A stretch of 61,670 nt of DNA, filler included, from Sphacelaria rigidula (lineage: Eukaryota), in the NCBI GenBank assembly GCA_964200075.2. It is 6 parts of 6 records of this genome, joined end to end, with 100 filler letters (N's around TTAATTAATTAA, not from the genome) between each part and the next. Parts side by side here need not be neighbours in the genome. Positions count along the whole stretch, not along the records: positions 51,478 to 61,670 come from CAXNAA020006958.1; 5 more parts are not named here. One strand, given 5' to 3'. Each line of letters starts with the position of its first letter. Positions within the stretch are counted from its first letter, which is position 1. The notes under the pieces were generated by a model that saw nothing but the letters and a program-made list of their open reading frames with translations, ran no database searches and had not been told where the DNA came from. The translations under genes were made by a program, and so were the position numbers. This document shows, in pieces, positions 61,627-61,670 of the stretch.

Positions 61627-61670
<44 letters not shown>
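61606..61670. repeat. (TA)n/(ATT)n microsatellite at the contig end
   Basis: Read directly. Confidence 0.95.

Overview
Eukaryotic, intron-rich genomic DNA. GT-AG introns, algal-type Ty1/Copia relics and a CRTISO-like gene suggest a photosynthetic stramenopile, probably a brown alga (inference). The window is not one locus. It is six contigs of near-identical length (10196, 10196, 10195, 10195, 10195, 10193 bp) joined by N44-TTAATTAATTAA-N44 spacers, so adjacency across the gaps means nothing. Spliced genes I could reconstruct: a complete ankyrin-repeat/RING protein (1706-4569) with a divergent partner gene (<=1150), the 5' part of a Lys/Ala/Ser-rich protein (6471-9005), the 3' half of a CRTISO-like FAD oxidoreductase (12327-18894), an SRPBCC/polyketide-cyclase-like protein (22359-26618) and the 3' end of an unknown protein (41521-44023). 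The rest is mostly transposon debris: Copia fragments and LTRs, MITEs, tRNA-derived SINEs, a decayed transposase-like gene and tandem repeats. The most striking pattern is a dispersed element family with about 15 copies. It has a fixed 3' end (ATGAGTAC plus a poly-C tract), variable 5' truncation and an intron-like segment near its 5' end. It sits in C-rich tracts, including just upstream of three host 3' splice sites.
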